The notes under the pieces were generated by a model, which saw only the letters and a program-made list of their open reading frames with translations, was not told the origin of the DNA and ran no database searches. DNA of 64,000 nucleotides from Minisyncoccota bacterium (GTDB lineage: Bacteria; Patescibacteriota; Minisyncoccia; Phycocordibacterales; UBA918). Positions 17,754 to 26,065 of this stretch are shown piece after piece (positions within the stretch are counted from its first letter, which is position 1; the number at the start of each line of letters is the position of its first letter). A program made the position numbers and the translations under genes. Location: contig JBBDKG010000013.1 in the NCBI GenBank assembly GCA_040879435.1, positions 18,271-82,270 on the forward strand, in the 5' to 3' direction.

Positions 17754-17782
17754 AGAGTATCACACATAGTATTGAATGTCAA
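17754..17782 (-). promoter_or_regulatory. consensus sigma70-type promoter (TTGACA-N17-extended -10 TGTGATACT) driving the TAXI island operon
   Basis: Read on the minus strand, the sequence is TTGACAttcaatactatgtgtgaTACTCT. Confidence 0.5.
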
Positions 17783-17818
17783 TATTTTCTGGAAAGGTTC
17801 CCCTCGGGGCAGTTCTAA

Positions 17819-17849
17819 GAAAAGACCGCACTTTCGTGCGGTCTTTTCT
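17819..17849. terminator. bidirectional intrinsic terminator downstream of rplE
   Basis: The sequence is gaaaagaccgcactttcgtgcggtcttttc. Confidence 0.8.
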
Positions 17850-17863
17850 ATATGTTGTTTGTC

Positions 17864-18412
17864 TTACGCAGCTACCTCCTCCTTCATGAGCGGCAGACCG
17901 ATATTTCGCAGGAATGCCTCTGCTTCCTCTTTGGACTTCGCGGTCGTCACGATAGTGATCGCGAACGAGAAGACGTCGCGGATATCCTCGTCAACGGTCT
18001 CCGGGAAGATAGTGTGCTCCTTGATACCGATGGTGATGTTCCCCATCTCATCAATGGCAGTCGGCTTGAGACCACGGAAGTCACGGGTCTGTGGGAGGGC
18101 GATATGCACCAGCTTGTCGAAAAAGTCGCGCATACGGGCGCCACGAAGGGTCACCTGGTATCCAACGACATCACCTTCACGAAGCTTGAACGATGCAATC
18201 GACTGACGCGCAGGTCGCGGTGCCGGCTTCTGGCCGGTGATGAGTGCGAGGCGATCCTGAATGAGGGCGATCTTTGCCTTGTCATCTACCTTGCCGGTAC
18301 CGACCGAGACCACGATCTTCTCCATTTTCGGCGCCTGCATCCGGTTGGTGTATGCAAAGGTGTCCTTCAAGGCATCGTAGACATGTTCGAGTTTTGCTTT
18401 GATTGGTTCCAT
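17864..18412 (-). CDS. rplE: 50S ribosomal protein L5
   Basis: MEPIKAKLEHVYDALKDTFAYTNRMQAPKMEKIVVSVGTG; the ORF track starts at an upstream TTG, and ATG 18410-18412 is preferred. Confidence 0.9.
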   Translation of the reverse strand: MEPIKAKLEHVYDALKDTFAYTNRMQAPKMEKIVVSVGTGKVDDKAKIALIQDRLALITGQKPAPRPARQSIASFKLREGDVVGYQVTLRGARMRDFFDKLVHIALPQTRDFRGLKPTAIDEMGNITIGIKEHTIFPETVDEDIRDVFSFAITIVTTAKSKEEAEAFLRNIGLPLMKEEVAA

Positions 18413-18437
18413 ACGCAAGTAGTTCTGGTGCTAATAA

Positions 18438-18737
18438 TTAAATGGTCTTTCCTGACGCACGTGAAATGCGTGACTTCGTATCTCCTTCCGTCTTGTATCC
18501 CACACGGACCGGCTTCTTCCCTTCAGTGAGGGCAACGTTTGAGATATGGATCGGAACGCTCTTCTCGATGATCTGTCCCTGTGAGCGGGTGCGGCGATTC
18601 TTCTGGTGACGGGTCACGACATTCACCCCTTCGATGAGCACTTGCTCCGTCTTCGGGAAGGCAGCGAGAACCGCACCGGACTTGCCTTTATCCTTGCCGG
18701 CGATCACCATCACATTGTCTCCTTTCTTGATCTTCAT
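18438..18737 (-). CDS. rplX: 50S ribosomal protein L24
   Basis: The product reads MKIKKGDNVMVIAGKDKGKSGAVLAAFPK (KOW motif). Confidence 0.9.
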   Translation of the reverse strand: MKIKKGDNVMVIAGKDKGKSGAVLAAFPKTEQVLIEGVNVVTRHQKNRRTRSQGQIIEKSVPIHISNVALTEGKKPVRVGYKTEGDTKSRISRASGKTI

Positions 18738-18741
18738 ATGC

Positions 18742-19113
18742 CTATACTACTTCAGGTGCCAATGACACGATCTTCTGATAACCGGCCTCTGAAAGCTCGC
18801 GCGGAATCGGACCGAACACACGGTTTGCACGCGGCTCCTTCTTTTCCTTGTCTACAAGCACGACCGCATTGTCGTCAAAACTGATGTACGAACCATCCAC
18901 GCGGCGGAACGGCTTGCGCTGTCGGACAACGACCCCGTACACGATATCCTTCTTCTTCGCCTGCTTTCGCGGTTCGGCGGTCTGTACCGAGAGCACGACC
19001 ATCTCGCCGAGCTCTGCGTACCGCTTCTTTGAGCCGCCGAGCACCTTGAACACCCGGCCGATCTTCGCGCCTGAGTTGTCCGTGATCTTTACGATTGATT
19101 GTGGTTGAATCAT
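18742..19113 (-). CDS. rplN: 50S ribosomal protein L14
   Basis: The product reads MIQPQSIVKITDNSGAKIGRVFKVLGGSKKRYA. Confidence 0.95.
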   Translation of the reverse strand: MIQPQSIVKITDNSGAKIGRVFKVLGGSKKRYAELGEMVVLSVQTAEPRKQAKKKDIVYGVVVRQRKPFRRVDGSYISFDDNAVVLVDKEKKEPRANRVFGPIPRELSEAGYQKIVSLAPEVV

Positions 19114-19120
19114 AAGCCGT

Positions 19121-19402
19121 TTATGAACCGCGAACGAGGGTGAATCGCTTCCGCTTGCTGATAGGCGTCGTCTCCTTTATCTCGACCTTCTCTCCGACCG
19201 CTGCCGTATTGCCAGCGTCATGCACGAGGTACTTCTTCGTCCGACGCAAGTATTTCTTGTATTTCGGATGTTTTGTATACCGCTCCACCGCGACCGTGCA
19301 CGTATCCTGCATCTTAGACGCGACCACCGTCCCGCGTAGCACACGGCCTCCCGCGGTGTTGCGGTCTGTCGTGGTATTCGTTGTTGTATGTTCAGTTGCC
19401 AT
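19121..19402 (-). CDS. rpsQ: 30S ribosomal protein S17
   Basis: The product contains RVLRGTVVASKMQDTCTVAVERYTKHPKYKK. Confidence 0.9.
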   Translation of the reverse strand: MATEHTTTNTTTDRNTAGGRVLRGTVVASKMQDTCTVAVERYTKHPKYKKYLRRTKKYLVHDAGNTAAVGEKVEIKETTPISKRKRFTLVRGS

Positions 19403-19413
19403 AAATATAAATG

Positions 19414-19638
19414 CTAGCGGGTTGCTTTCACGCGGCGGGTAACTTCGGTAAGTGCCTGTGCGACATGCTTTTTCGCGGTCCGTATCTTCCGTACATCCCG
19501 CAGTCCGGTCGTGAAGCGCTGCTCGCGCACAGTCTCACGCTCGGTCCGGATGAACTCCGCAAGGTCCGTATCGCTCATTTTTGAAATGTCATTCATGCTC
19601 GTCATAATCAGGTATGTATTATGCGCCCGTATCTTCAC
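19414..19638 (-). CDS. rpmC: 50S ribosomal protein L29 (true start probably internal, near 19596-19605)
   Basis: The product contains MSDTDLAEFIRTERETVREQRFTTGLRDVRKIRTAKKHVAQALT. Confidence 0.8.
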   Translation of the reverse strand: MKIRAHNTYLIMTSMNDISKMSDTDLAEFIRTERETVREQRFTTGLRDVRKIRTAKKHVAQALTEVTRRVKATR

Positions 19639-20053
19639 GGCGTACGAAGCGTGCCGTGAGCGGCAGCTTTGCCGTCGCCTTCCGCATCGCTTCGCGGGCT
19701 ACGTCTTCCGTTACTCCTTCGACCTCAAAGAGTACGCGTCCCGGTGCCACCTCGAACACGAAGTGGTCAGGGTCACCCTTACCAGAACCCATACCTACCT
19801 CAGCAGGCTTCTTGGTCATCGGCTTGTCAGGGAAGATGCGGATCCAGATCTTGCCGGTCTTGCCGAGCGTTCGGGAAATCACACGACGCGCTGCTTCGAT
19901 CTGATTCGATTTCACACGCGACGCGCTTGTCGCCTTCAAGCCATACGAACCGAACGCAACGGTAAGGCCACGCGTATCAGGACGACTTCGCTTTTCTTCG
20001 CTCTTGCGGCCAATTTGCCACTTGCGGTGTTTTACTTTCTTAGGAAACAACAT
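19619..20053 (-). CDS. rplP: 50S ribosomal protein L16
   Basis: The product reads MLFPKKVKHRKWQIGRKSEEKRSR. Confidence 0.95.
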   Translation of the reverse strand: MLFPKKVKHRKWQIGRKSEEKRSRPDTRGLTVAFGSYGLKATSASRVKSNQIEAARRVISRTLGKTGKIWIRIFPDKPMTKKPAEVGMGSGKGDPDHFVFEVAPGRVLFEVEGVTEDVAREAMRKATAKLPLTARFVRREDTGA

Positions 20054-20066
20054 AGGCTATTGTGAA

Positions 20067-20777
20067 TTATGAGCGCTCAGTGCTGCGCGCCGAGGTTTCA
20101 GTAGCGGCACGTGCGCGGCGATCTTCGAAGATCTCTCCGCGGTATACCCATACCTTGATGCCGATCACACCGTACGGGAGTGTCGCAACGACACGTGCGA
20201 AATCAATGTCAGCACGGAGTGTCTGAAGCGGGACCTGGCCACGCTTCAACTCCTCGCGGCGTGCCATATCAGCACCACCAAGGCGGCCGGCCACGATGAT
20301 GCGCACACCCTGCACGTCACGGTTCGCCATCACCTTCTCCACGGTCTGCTTCAACACACGGCGGAACGGAAATCGCTTCTCGAGTCCTTCGGCGACCATC
20401 TGACCGACGATCGCTGCACTTGATTCTGGGGAGCGGATCTCCTCAACGTCGATCTTCACCTCGGGCTTCTCCTCAAGCTTGAGCTTGCGAAGCAGCATAT
20501 CAATATCCTTCTTGAGTTTGGTCGCTCCTTCACCGGAACGGCCGATCACCAATCCCGGTCGGGAGGTCTTAATGAGTACACGAAGTAGTGTGTCATTACG
20601 CTCGATCTCAATCGCGTCTATTGACATACCTTTGAGGCGCCCAGATACCAGCTTGCGGATCGCGGCGTCCGTACGTAGGTACTCACGGTACTTCTTTGGC
20701 TCAGCAGCAAACCACCGGCTCCGCCAATCGCGGTTGATGCCGAGGCGCTGAATGAATGGATGTGCTACGTGTGTCAT
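20067..20777 (-). CDS. rpsC: 30S ribosomal protein S3
   Basis: The product has a KH domain and begins MTHVAHPFIQRLGINRDWRSRWFAAEPKKY; the start is taken as ATG 20775-20777. Confidence 0.9.
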   Translation of the reverse strand: MTHVAHPFIQRLGINRDWRSRWFAAEPKKYREYLRTDAAIRKLVSGRLKGMSIDAIEIERNDTLLRVLIKTSRPGLVIGRSGEGATKLKKDIDMLLRKLKLEEKPEVKIDVEEIRSPESSAAIVGQMVAEGLEKRFPFRRVLKQTVEKVMANRDVQGVRIIVAGRLGGADMARREELKRGQVPLQTLRADIDFARVVATLPYGVIGIKVWVYRGEIFEDRRARAATETSARSTERS

Positions 20778-20796
20778 GATAAATATGAAATTAGTA

Positions 20797-21117
20797 TTAC
20801 TCGCCGAGTTCAACGGTGATATGACTGTTCCGGCGGTTGATCGGTGACGAGCTGCCGCGTGCACGTGGCATGTATCGCTTGAGCGTTATGCCCTTGTCGA
20901 CAGTGACCCGCTCGATCGTGAGTGCCTCTGCGTGCTTCCCGCTCTGGACGGCGTTTGCGAGCGCTGACTTGATCACCTTCGCGAACGGCTCTGCAGCACG
21001 CTTATCAACAAACCGCAGCGTTGCGAGTGCATCGTTCACCTTCTTGCCACGGACCAAGTCTGCAATGAGCCGGACCTTTCGTGGTGACTGTCGGTAGTTT
21101 TTGAGTACTGCTTTCAT
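20797..21117 (-). CDS. rplV: 50S ribosomal protein L22
   Basis: The product reads MKAVLKNYRQSPRKVRLIADLVRGKKVNDALATLRF. Confidence 0.9.
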   Translation of the reverse strand: MKAVLKNYRQSPRKVRLIADLVRGKKVNDALATLRFVDKRAAEPFAKVIKSALANAVQSGKHAEALTIERVTVDKGITLKRYMPRARGSSSPINRRNSHITVELGE

Positions 21118-21126
21118 AGATGATTA

Positions 21127-21450
21127 CTATGCTTTCGCTGCCTTTGCTGCAGTGATCTCGGCCTCCTTCTTCTTCTGGTCGATCTCCTTCTGCATCTTAC
21201 CGCCGTGGCGATAGAACTTCTTTGTTGGGGCGAACTCACCGAGCCGGTGCCCTACCATCTCCTCGGATGGAGTTACCGGAAGGTGCTCCTTGCCGTTATG
21301 GACGCCGAAGGTGAACCCGACCATCTCAGGAGAAATGAGCGAATCGCGTGACCACGTCTTAACAACGCCGCCCTCGCCCGGCTTTTTGCCGGCGATCTTT
21401 TTAAGCAGCTTCTCGTCCACGTATGGACCTTTGTATAGTGATCGTGACAT
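21127..21450 (-). CDS. rpsS: 30S ribosomal protein S19 (with a short Lys/Ala C-terminal tail)
   Basis: The product begins [19 protein letters not shown]...[17 protein letters not shown]; the start is taken as ATG 21448-21450. Confidence 0.9.
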   Translation of the reverse strand: MSRSLYKGPYVDEKLLKKIAGKKPGEGGVVKTWSRDSLISPEMVGFTFGVHNGKEHLPVTPSEEMVGHRLGEFAPTKKFYRHGGKMQKEIDQKKKEAEITAAKAAKA

Positions 21451-21657
21451 AGAAAATATGCGTACGGGGTATAACCTGCGTCCTAATGGTTGGTCAGAAC
21501 CCCGTGTGGAAGAAGGTAACGGCCTACCCCACACAAGTTCCCGACAATGTAGTGTGCCGTCTGCCCCAGAGCGGCATGCCGGCGAGACGTTGGAACGCGG
21601 GTGATAATACGCGAAACGGCTTGGCATGTCAACAGCATCTTAGTCAAAACGAAAGGG

Positions 21658-21683
21658 CGCCCGGGACCAACTGGTTCCCGGGC
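21658..21683 (-). terminator. probable terminator hairpin downstream of the NUDIX gene 21694-22209
   Basis: gcccgggaccaactggttcccgggc has an 8-bp GC stem, and the T-tract on the minus strand is weak. Confidence 0.45.
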
Positions 21684-21693
21684 TGCCGATAGC

Positions 21694-22209
21694 TCATACC
21701 GCGATGTCTCTGGACGGAAAGAGGAAAAGGACTTCGCGTTCCAGAAACCAGTCTTTCCACACTGGTTCGAGGATGACTTCCCTGCCATCAATCGGGAGTG
21801 GGTTGCCACGGAGTAAATAACGCATCTGTTCTCGGGAACACCAGAAGTGTCCCTTGGTCTCGTCCTTGCTCGGACGAAGCGTGCCGGTCACGTTGGTAGC
21901 GATATAGATGCGCCAGTGATGCCAGCTGCCCCCAGGCCGGCGGCACGGATTCTCCATCCGCCCTTCTGCCCAAGGAACCAGCTCGTTGGCAATGAGACCG
22001 GTTTCTTCTTGAAGCTCGTCGAGCGCTGCTTGCTCGTATCGTTTTTCTTCAGGATCGTCAGGATCGCCGTGGTCGTCGACGTGTCCTGCAGGCGCGGCGA
22101 AGCCAAAAGGTGGCTTCTTCCGGTCAATGAGCAGCAGTTTCTCATCCTGGAATACCAGGATTCCAACGGACGTATTGTCACACCGCCGTATGGCTTGGAC
22201 ATTGTTCAT
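21694..22209 (-). CDS. NUDIX hydrolase (inserted between rplB and rpsS)
   Basis: A NUDIX box (GHVDDHGDPDDPEEKRYEQAALDELQEETGL) is present; a GAGGAG Shine-Dalgarno sequence lies upstream. Confidence 0.8.
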   Translation of the reverse strand: MNNVQAIRRCDNTSVGILVFQDEKLLLIDRKKPPFGFAAPAGHVDDHGDPDDPEEKRYEQAALDELQEETGLIANELVPWAEGRMENPCRRPGGSWHHWRIYIATNVTGTLRPSKDETKGHFWCSREQMRYLLRGNPLPIDGREVILEPVWKDWFLEREVLFLFPSRDIAV

Positions 22210-22338
22210 GGAACCATCTCCTCTGTTGCAACTATAGGAACAGTACGTAATCTACCGAAAAAATCAACCGCACGAGTGATTGTGACTGAAGTGAGTAGGT
22301 GCTATAGTCTCCGTAAACAGCACCTTCTGGAGGATGAA

Positions 22339-22539
22339 ATGGCCGGACAAAAGACTGAGAAGCCGTTCGAATTCGACCCGTTCGTCAAGGATATGAACGA
22401 ACGCGCGCGGGAGGGTGTGTATGACCGTCCCGAAGCACTCGATGAGTTGCGTGCAAAAGCCTCGGCTGGCGATTTGGATGCCAAAGCCATGCTCGTGATG
22501 CACGAAGGCCTCGAACTTAACAAACGGTTCAGAACGTAA
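22339..22539 (+). CDS. small hypothetical protein (66 aa, acidic, helical)
   Basis: ATG 22339 with a GGAGGA Shine-Dalgarno sequence; the product begins MAGQKTEKPFEFDPFVKDMNERAREG. Confidence 0.3.
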   Translation: MAGQKTEKPFEFDPFVKDMNERAREGVYDRPEALDELRAKASAGDLDAKAMLVMHEGLELNKRFRT

Positions 22540-22580
22540 CTGATCTCGCCGCAAGGCCCGCAGCACCGCTGCGGGTCTTT

Positions 22581-23552
22581 CTATACCCGCGATTTCCTCT
22601 CTGCCGCCAACCACTCAACCACCTGCCCTATAACCGGCAGGTCACGTATGAACTCATGCACATTCCGATACGGACGGTGAAACGGAGTGTGGAAGAAGAG
22701 GACAATGAGTAGCAAGATACTTTGCGAGAAGGTAATACCCATCGTGAGCATGGTCCCGAAGTGGAACACAATGAGCAGAAATGCCCAGCTGCGCTGCAGC
22801 GACGGACGGATCATCACCCAGAACGCCGCTACCTGAATGAAGTAGAAGCCGGCGTAGAAGGGCCACCACCACTCCGGATGCATGATAACTGAAGGAGCGA
22901 GGATCGCCTCGCTCTGGAGCCGCAGGACCATATCGGCACTTTGGTACGCAAATGCCTGTACGTGCAATCCGTGGATCTCACCTGCCAGATACTGCGTCAC
23001 GACCGCGATCCACTTATGCATCCCGGCGAGTGTGTACGTGAGCATCACGAGCGCCTGCGCGAACCAGACATACAAAAGGAACGACCGTGCACGCGCAAAC
23101 GCCAGTCCGGCCTGATGCCACCCCGCAGGAAGGAAAACGAATACGAAGGAAGTATAGAGCCACCCGTACCACTGGTGATTGATGTGCCCAAACGAGCTTT
23201 CGAACGCATGCACCTGCCAGATCGCCAGAAACACGAGCATGCGGACAAGAAGGAAACGATGAAACAACAGGCCCAGCAACGAGGCGACGATGAACAGGAG
23301 CTTGACCACAGTCACCACCGTCGTGAACTCGAGTGATCCACTCCACCAGAGCGGCCAGAATGGGTCATAGCTTGTCCGGCCGGAGAACGATGCCTGGAGA
23401 AAGGTGAACGCAAGCAGCGGGATTACGTAGTAGTAGTATGAGACCAGCGTGCGCGCACGTGTAAGTGCCTGCGCATCACGCGCCCAAGCCGAGATAGAGA
23501 CCGGCCGAATATACGTGTGCCAAAGGTGTCTTGTTGTGCGTGCGATTTGCAT
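22581..23552 (-). CDS. polytopic membrane protein, Trp/His/Phe-rich (possibly HTTM/VKGC-like)
   Basis: ATG 23550-23552 lies 1 nt after the stop of the upstream gene; about 8 TM helices; the ORF-track N-terminus overlaps 23554-24027 in another frame and is rejected. Confidence 0.45.
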   Translation of the reverse strand: MQIARTTRHLWHTYIRPVSISAWARDAQALTRARTLVSYYYYVIPLLAFTFLQASFSGRTSYDPFWPLWWSGSLEFTTVVTVVKLLFIVASLLGLLFHRFLLVRMLVFLAIWQVHAFESSFGHINHQWYGWLYTSFVFVFLPAGWHQAGLAFARARSFLLYVWFAQALVMLTYTLAGMHKWIAVVTQYLAGEIHGLHVQAFAYQSADMVLRLQSEAILAPSVIMHPEWWWPFYAGFYFIQVAAFWVMIRPSLQRSWAFLLIVFHFGTMLTMGITFSQSILLLIVLFFHTPFHRPYRNVHEFIRDLPVIGQVVEWLAAERKSRV

Positions 23553-23553
23553 A

Positions 23554-24027
23554 TTATTCCAATTGACCCTTTCGCTCGAATGTCCCGAGGAGCACCTCTT
23601 CTTTGTACGTACCCGTTTTCCAGTACTCGACCGGGTCGATCCGCACACGACGCACGTCGTATCGAAACGGTTTATTTCCGAACAGATGCGAGACCCGTTG
23701 CTGATACATATCAATTCGCTCATCAGCACCCTTCTCGACCGCCATACCGAGCTCTTGCACGTCGGGTATGTATTCAGTTGGCGATGAGTCCGCCGCTTCA
23801 GCGATGAATCTGAGTTCCGAGAACGCAAGTGGTGGATCATACACGCTGTCTCCCCACTGATGTACAGCGATGGTGTACTCGGTCCGTTCGTTCGGGATAT
23901 AGGAGAACAACTGCCACGCGAAGAGTGGGTATGATTCGTGTATCACAAAACCCTGAAGCGGCACCGCAAAGACTGCGTACCCGATAAGCAGCGTGATCAT
24001 ACCAACCTTCACCGTTCGATACTGCAT
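23554..24027 (-). CDS. membrane-anchored hypothetical protein (N-terminal TM plus extracytoplasmic domain)
   Basis: The product begins MQYRTVKVGMITLLIGYAVFAVPLQGFV; the gene is translationally coupled to 22581-23552. Confidence 0.4.
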   Translation of the reverse strand: MQYRTVKVGMITLLIGYAVFAVPLQGFVIHESYPLFAWQLFSYIPNERTEYTIAVHQWGDSVYDPPLAFSELRFIAEAADSSPTEYIPDVQELGMAVEKGADERIDMYQQRVSHLFGNKPFRYDVRRVRIDPVEYWKTGTYKEEVLLGTFERKGQLE

Positions 24028-24043
24028 TGGGTGCAGTATAGCA

Positions 24044-24080
24044 AAACAAAAACACCTGCGGCATGCAGGTGTTTTTGTTC
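24044..24080. terminator. bidirectional intrinsic terminator immediately downstream of rplB
   Basis: The sequence is aaaacaaaaacacctgcggcatgcaggtgtttttgttc. Confidence 0.8.
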
Positions 24081-24081
24081 G

Positions 24082-24942
24082 TTATTTGCTTCCTCGCATC
24101 AACTTGCCGGGCTTGCGGCGGTTGATGATGAGCTTGTTCGAATACTTCTTTGGCTTGCGTGTCTTCTGACCCTTTCCGGTCGGACGACCCTGTGCCGTAC
24201 GCGAACGCTTATGGCCACGAGGTGCGCGACCCTCACCACCACCGTGTGGGTGGTCGACGGCGTTCTTTGCCGTACCTCGGGTCTTCGGACGAAGACGCAT
24301 GTGTCGCGCTCGTCCAGCCTTTCCGAGGTTCACGAGACGGTACTCCTCGTTCGAGACCGCACCAATAGACGCCCACGCATCTGAGAGGATACGACGGATC
24401 TCGGTCGATGGCATGCGAAGCTGTGTGTATCCGCCATCGTGCGCGACGATCTCTGCATAGTTTCCTGCAGAACGTGCGATACGAGCACCAGCTCCCGGTC
24501 GTGTCTCAATAGCGTACACGAATGTACCGACCGGTACCTTCGCAAGCGGCAGACGATTACCCCGCTTTATCGGTGCCTTCTCGGAAACAATAAAGGTGTC
24601 TCCGACCTTCATCTGCTGTGGCGCAAGTATGTACTGACGTTCACCGTCCTTATACACCACAAGCGCAATAAAGCCTGATCGGTATGGATCGTACTCGATC
24701 CGTTCCACCTTCGCTTCGACGTCACGCTTTGCGTATACGAAGTCGACATTACGGTACTTCCGCTTGTTTCCGGCGCCGCGATACCATGTGGTCGTGCGAC
24801 CCTGGCTGTTGCGGCCACCAGTTGAATGCTTTCCTTTTGTAAGCGCCTTGTGGGGCGTACTTTGGCTCGATGTCAGCTTCTTCTTGTACTCGATCACGGT
24901 CATCCCGCGTCGGCCTGCTGATGTTGGTTTATATGATTTCAT
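24082..24942 (-). CDS. rplB: 50S ribosomal protein L2
   Basis: The product reads MKSYKPTSAGRRGMTVIEYKKKL...GGGEGRAPRG. Confidence 0.95.
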   Translation of the reverse strand: MKSYKPTSAGRRGMTVIEYKKKLTSSQSTPHKALTKGKHSTGGRNSQGRTTTWYRGAGNKRKYRNVDFVYAKRDVEAKVERIEYDPYRSGFIALVVYKDGERQYILAPQQMKVGDTFIVSEKAPIKRGNRLPLAKVPVGTFVYAIETRPGAGARIARSAGNYAEIVAHDGGYTQLRMPSTEIRRILSDAWASIGAVSNEEYRLVNLGKAGRARHMRLRPKTRGTAKNAVDHPHGGGEGRAPRGHKRSRTAQGRPTGKGQKTRKPKKYSNKLIINRRKPGKLMRGSK

Positions 24943-24992
24943 AGTTGAATTACTTTGCAGGTACCCAAGTACCTATACGTGTATTGCGTCCA

Positions 24993-25376
24993 CTACATGA
25001 GCGAGATGCTGTCTCCCTTCTTGAGGTAGACGTACGCCTTCTTCATGCCTTTCTCCGATACGGTCCGACCTAGTCGGCGGGAGATGTACTGACGCGGGGC
25101 TTTGTTGACGATGTTCACCTTCACCGGCGTCACGTTATAAAGCGCTGTGATCGCCTCCGCTACGTCGTGCTTGGTCGCATCGCGGCGAACGATGAACGTA
25201 TATACGTTCTGTTCACTCTTCTGCATCGCCTTTTCAGTGATGCGCGGCTTTACGATGACCGACGAGAGGTTGCGATCTGCCACCGCCGCTACCGCAGGTC
25301 GTGCGGGTGCAGCTGTAGCTGGCGCTTTCTCGGCACTCTTCTTCGCTGGTGCCTTCTTTCGACTGAATAATGCCAT
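24993..25376 (-). CDS. rplW: 50S ribosomal protein L23 (with an Ala/Lys-rich N-terminal extension)
   Basis: The product contains VIVKPRITEKAMQKSEQNVYTFIVRRDATKHDV. Confidence 0.85.
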   Translation of the reverse strand: MALFSRKKAPAKKSAEKAPATAAPARPAVAAVADRNLSSVIVKPRITEKAMQKSEQNVYTFIVRRDATKHDVAEAITALYNVTPVKVNIVNKAPRQYISRRLGRTVSEKGMKKAYVYLKKGDSISLM

Positions 25377-25400
25377 AGTATCTCGTTACAATTCTAATAG

Positions 25401-26063
25401 TTACGATACCCGCTTCTCGAGGATCGAAACAGATGCATCCGGAGCGGTCATAATAACGTACTTGTACGTTAGGAGGTCCACCGGATTGATGTCCTTCGCC
25501 TGTGCGACGAGGAGGTTCCCAAAGTTACGGAAACTCTTCTCCGTCACCTCATTTCGCTCTGGAAGTACGATCAGCGCAGCGTTGGTCCGCTTGGTCGCGA
25601 GCCCTGCCTGCTTGCTGCCGTCTGCGAGCGCCTTCAGAATCTGCTTTGCAGTAGTTGCCTTTGGTGCCTCAAAGGCGAGTGCATCAACGAACAACACTTC
25701 GCCGTCCGCTTGCTTCTTTGAGAGCGTGCTTGCGAGCGCCTTAGCACGCATCTTCTTGTTGATCTTCTTGGTATAGTCCTTTTCGCTTCGAGGTCCGAAG
25801 GTGATACCACCACCTCGCCAGATCGGCGAACGTCGCGACCCATGGCGCGCACGACCGGTCCCCTTCTGCTTCCACGGCTTCTTTCCGCCGCCGGAAACTT
25901 CACTCCGGTCCTTCGTATGTGCCGTTCCTGCGCGTGCATTCGACTGCATTGCAATCACGACCTCGTGTACGAGATCGGGATTCCACGCCACATTGAAGAC
26001 GGTCTCAGGAAGATTCACCTTCCCGGTCGCCTTTCCTTCTACAGAAAATACTTGTGCTTCCAT
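25401..26063 (-). CDS. rplD: 50S ribosomal protein L4
   Basis: The product contains SGGGKKPWKQKGTGRARHGSRRSPIWRGGG. Confidence 0.9.
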   Translation of the reverse strand: MEAQVFSVEGKATGKVNLPETVFNVAWNPDLVHEVVIAMQSNARAGTAHTKDRSEVSGGGKKPWKQKGTGRARHGSRRSPIWRGGGITFGPRSEKDYTKKINKKMRAKALASTLSKKQADGEVLFVDALAFEAPKATTAKQILKALADGSKQAGLATKRTNAALIVLPERNEVTEKSFRNFGNLLVAQAKDINPVDLLTYKYVIMTAPDASVSILEKRVS

Positions 26064-26065
26064 GG

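Noticed and set aside
20778-21627. N-terminal extensions proposed by the ORF track for rpsC (265 aa), rpsS (166 aa), pgk (442 aa), tpiA (284 aa), the sigma factor (216 aa) and clpP (225 aa)
   Set aside because: The track uses the furthest upstream alternative start codon. Internal ATGs give canonical N-termini and lengths, and the extensions overlap upstream genes or terminators.
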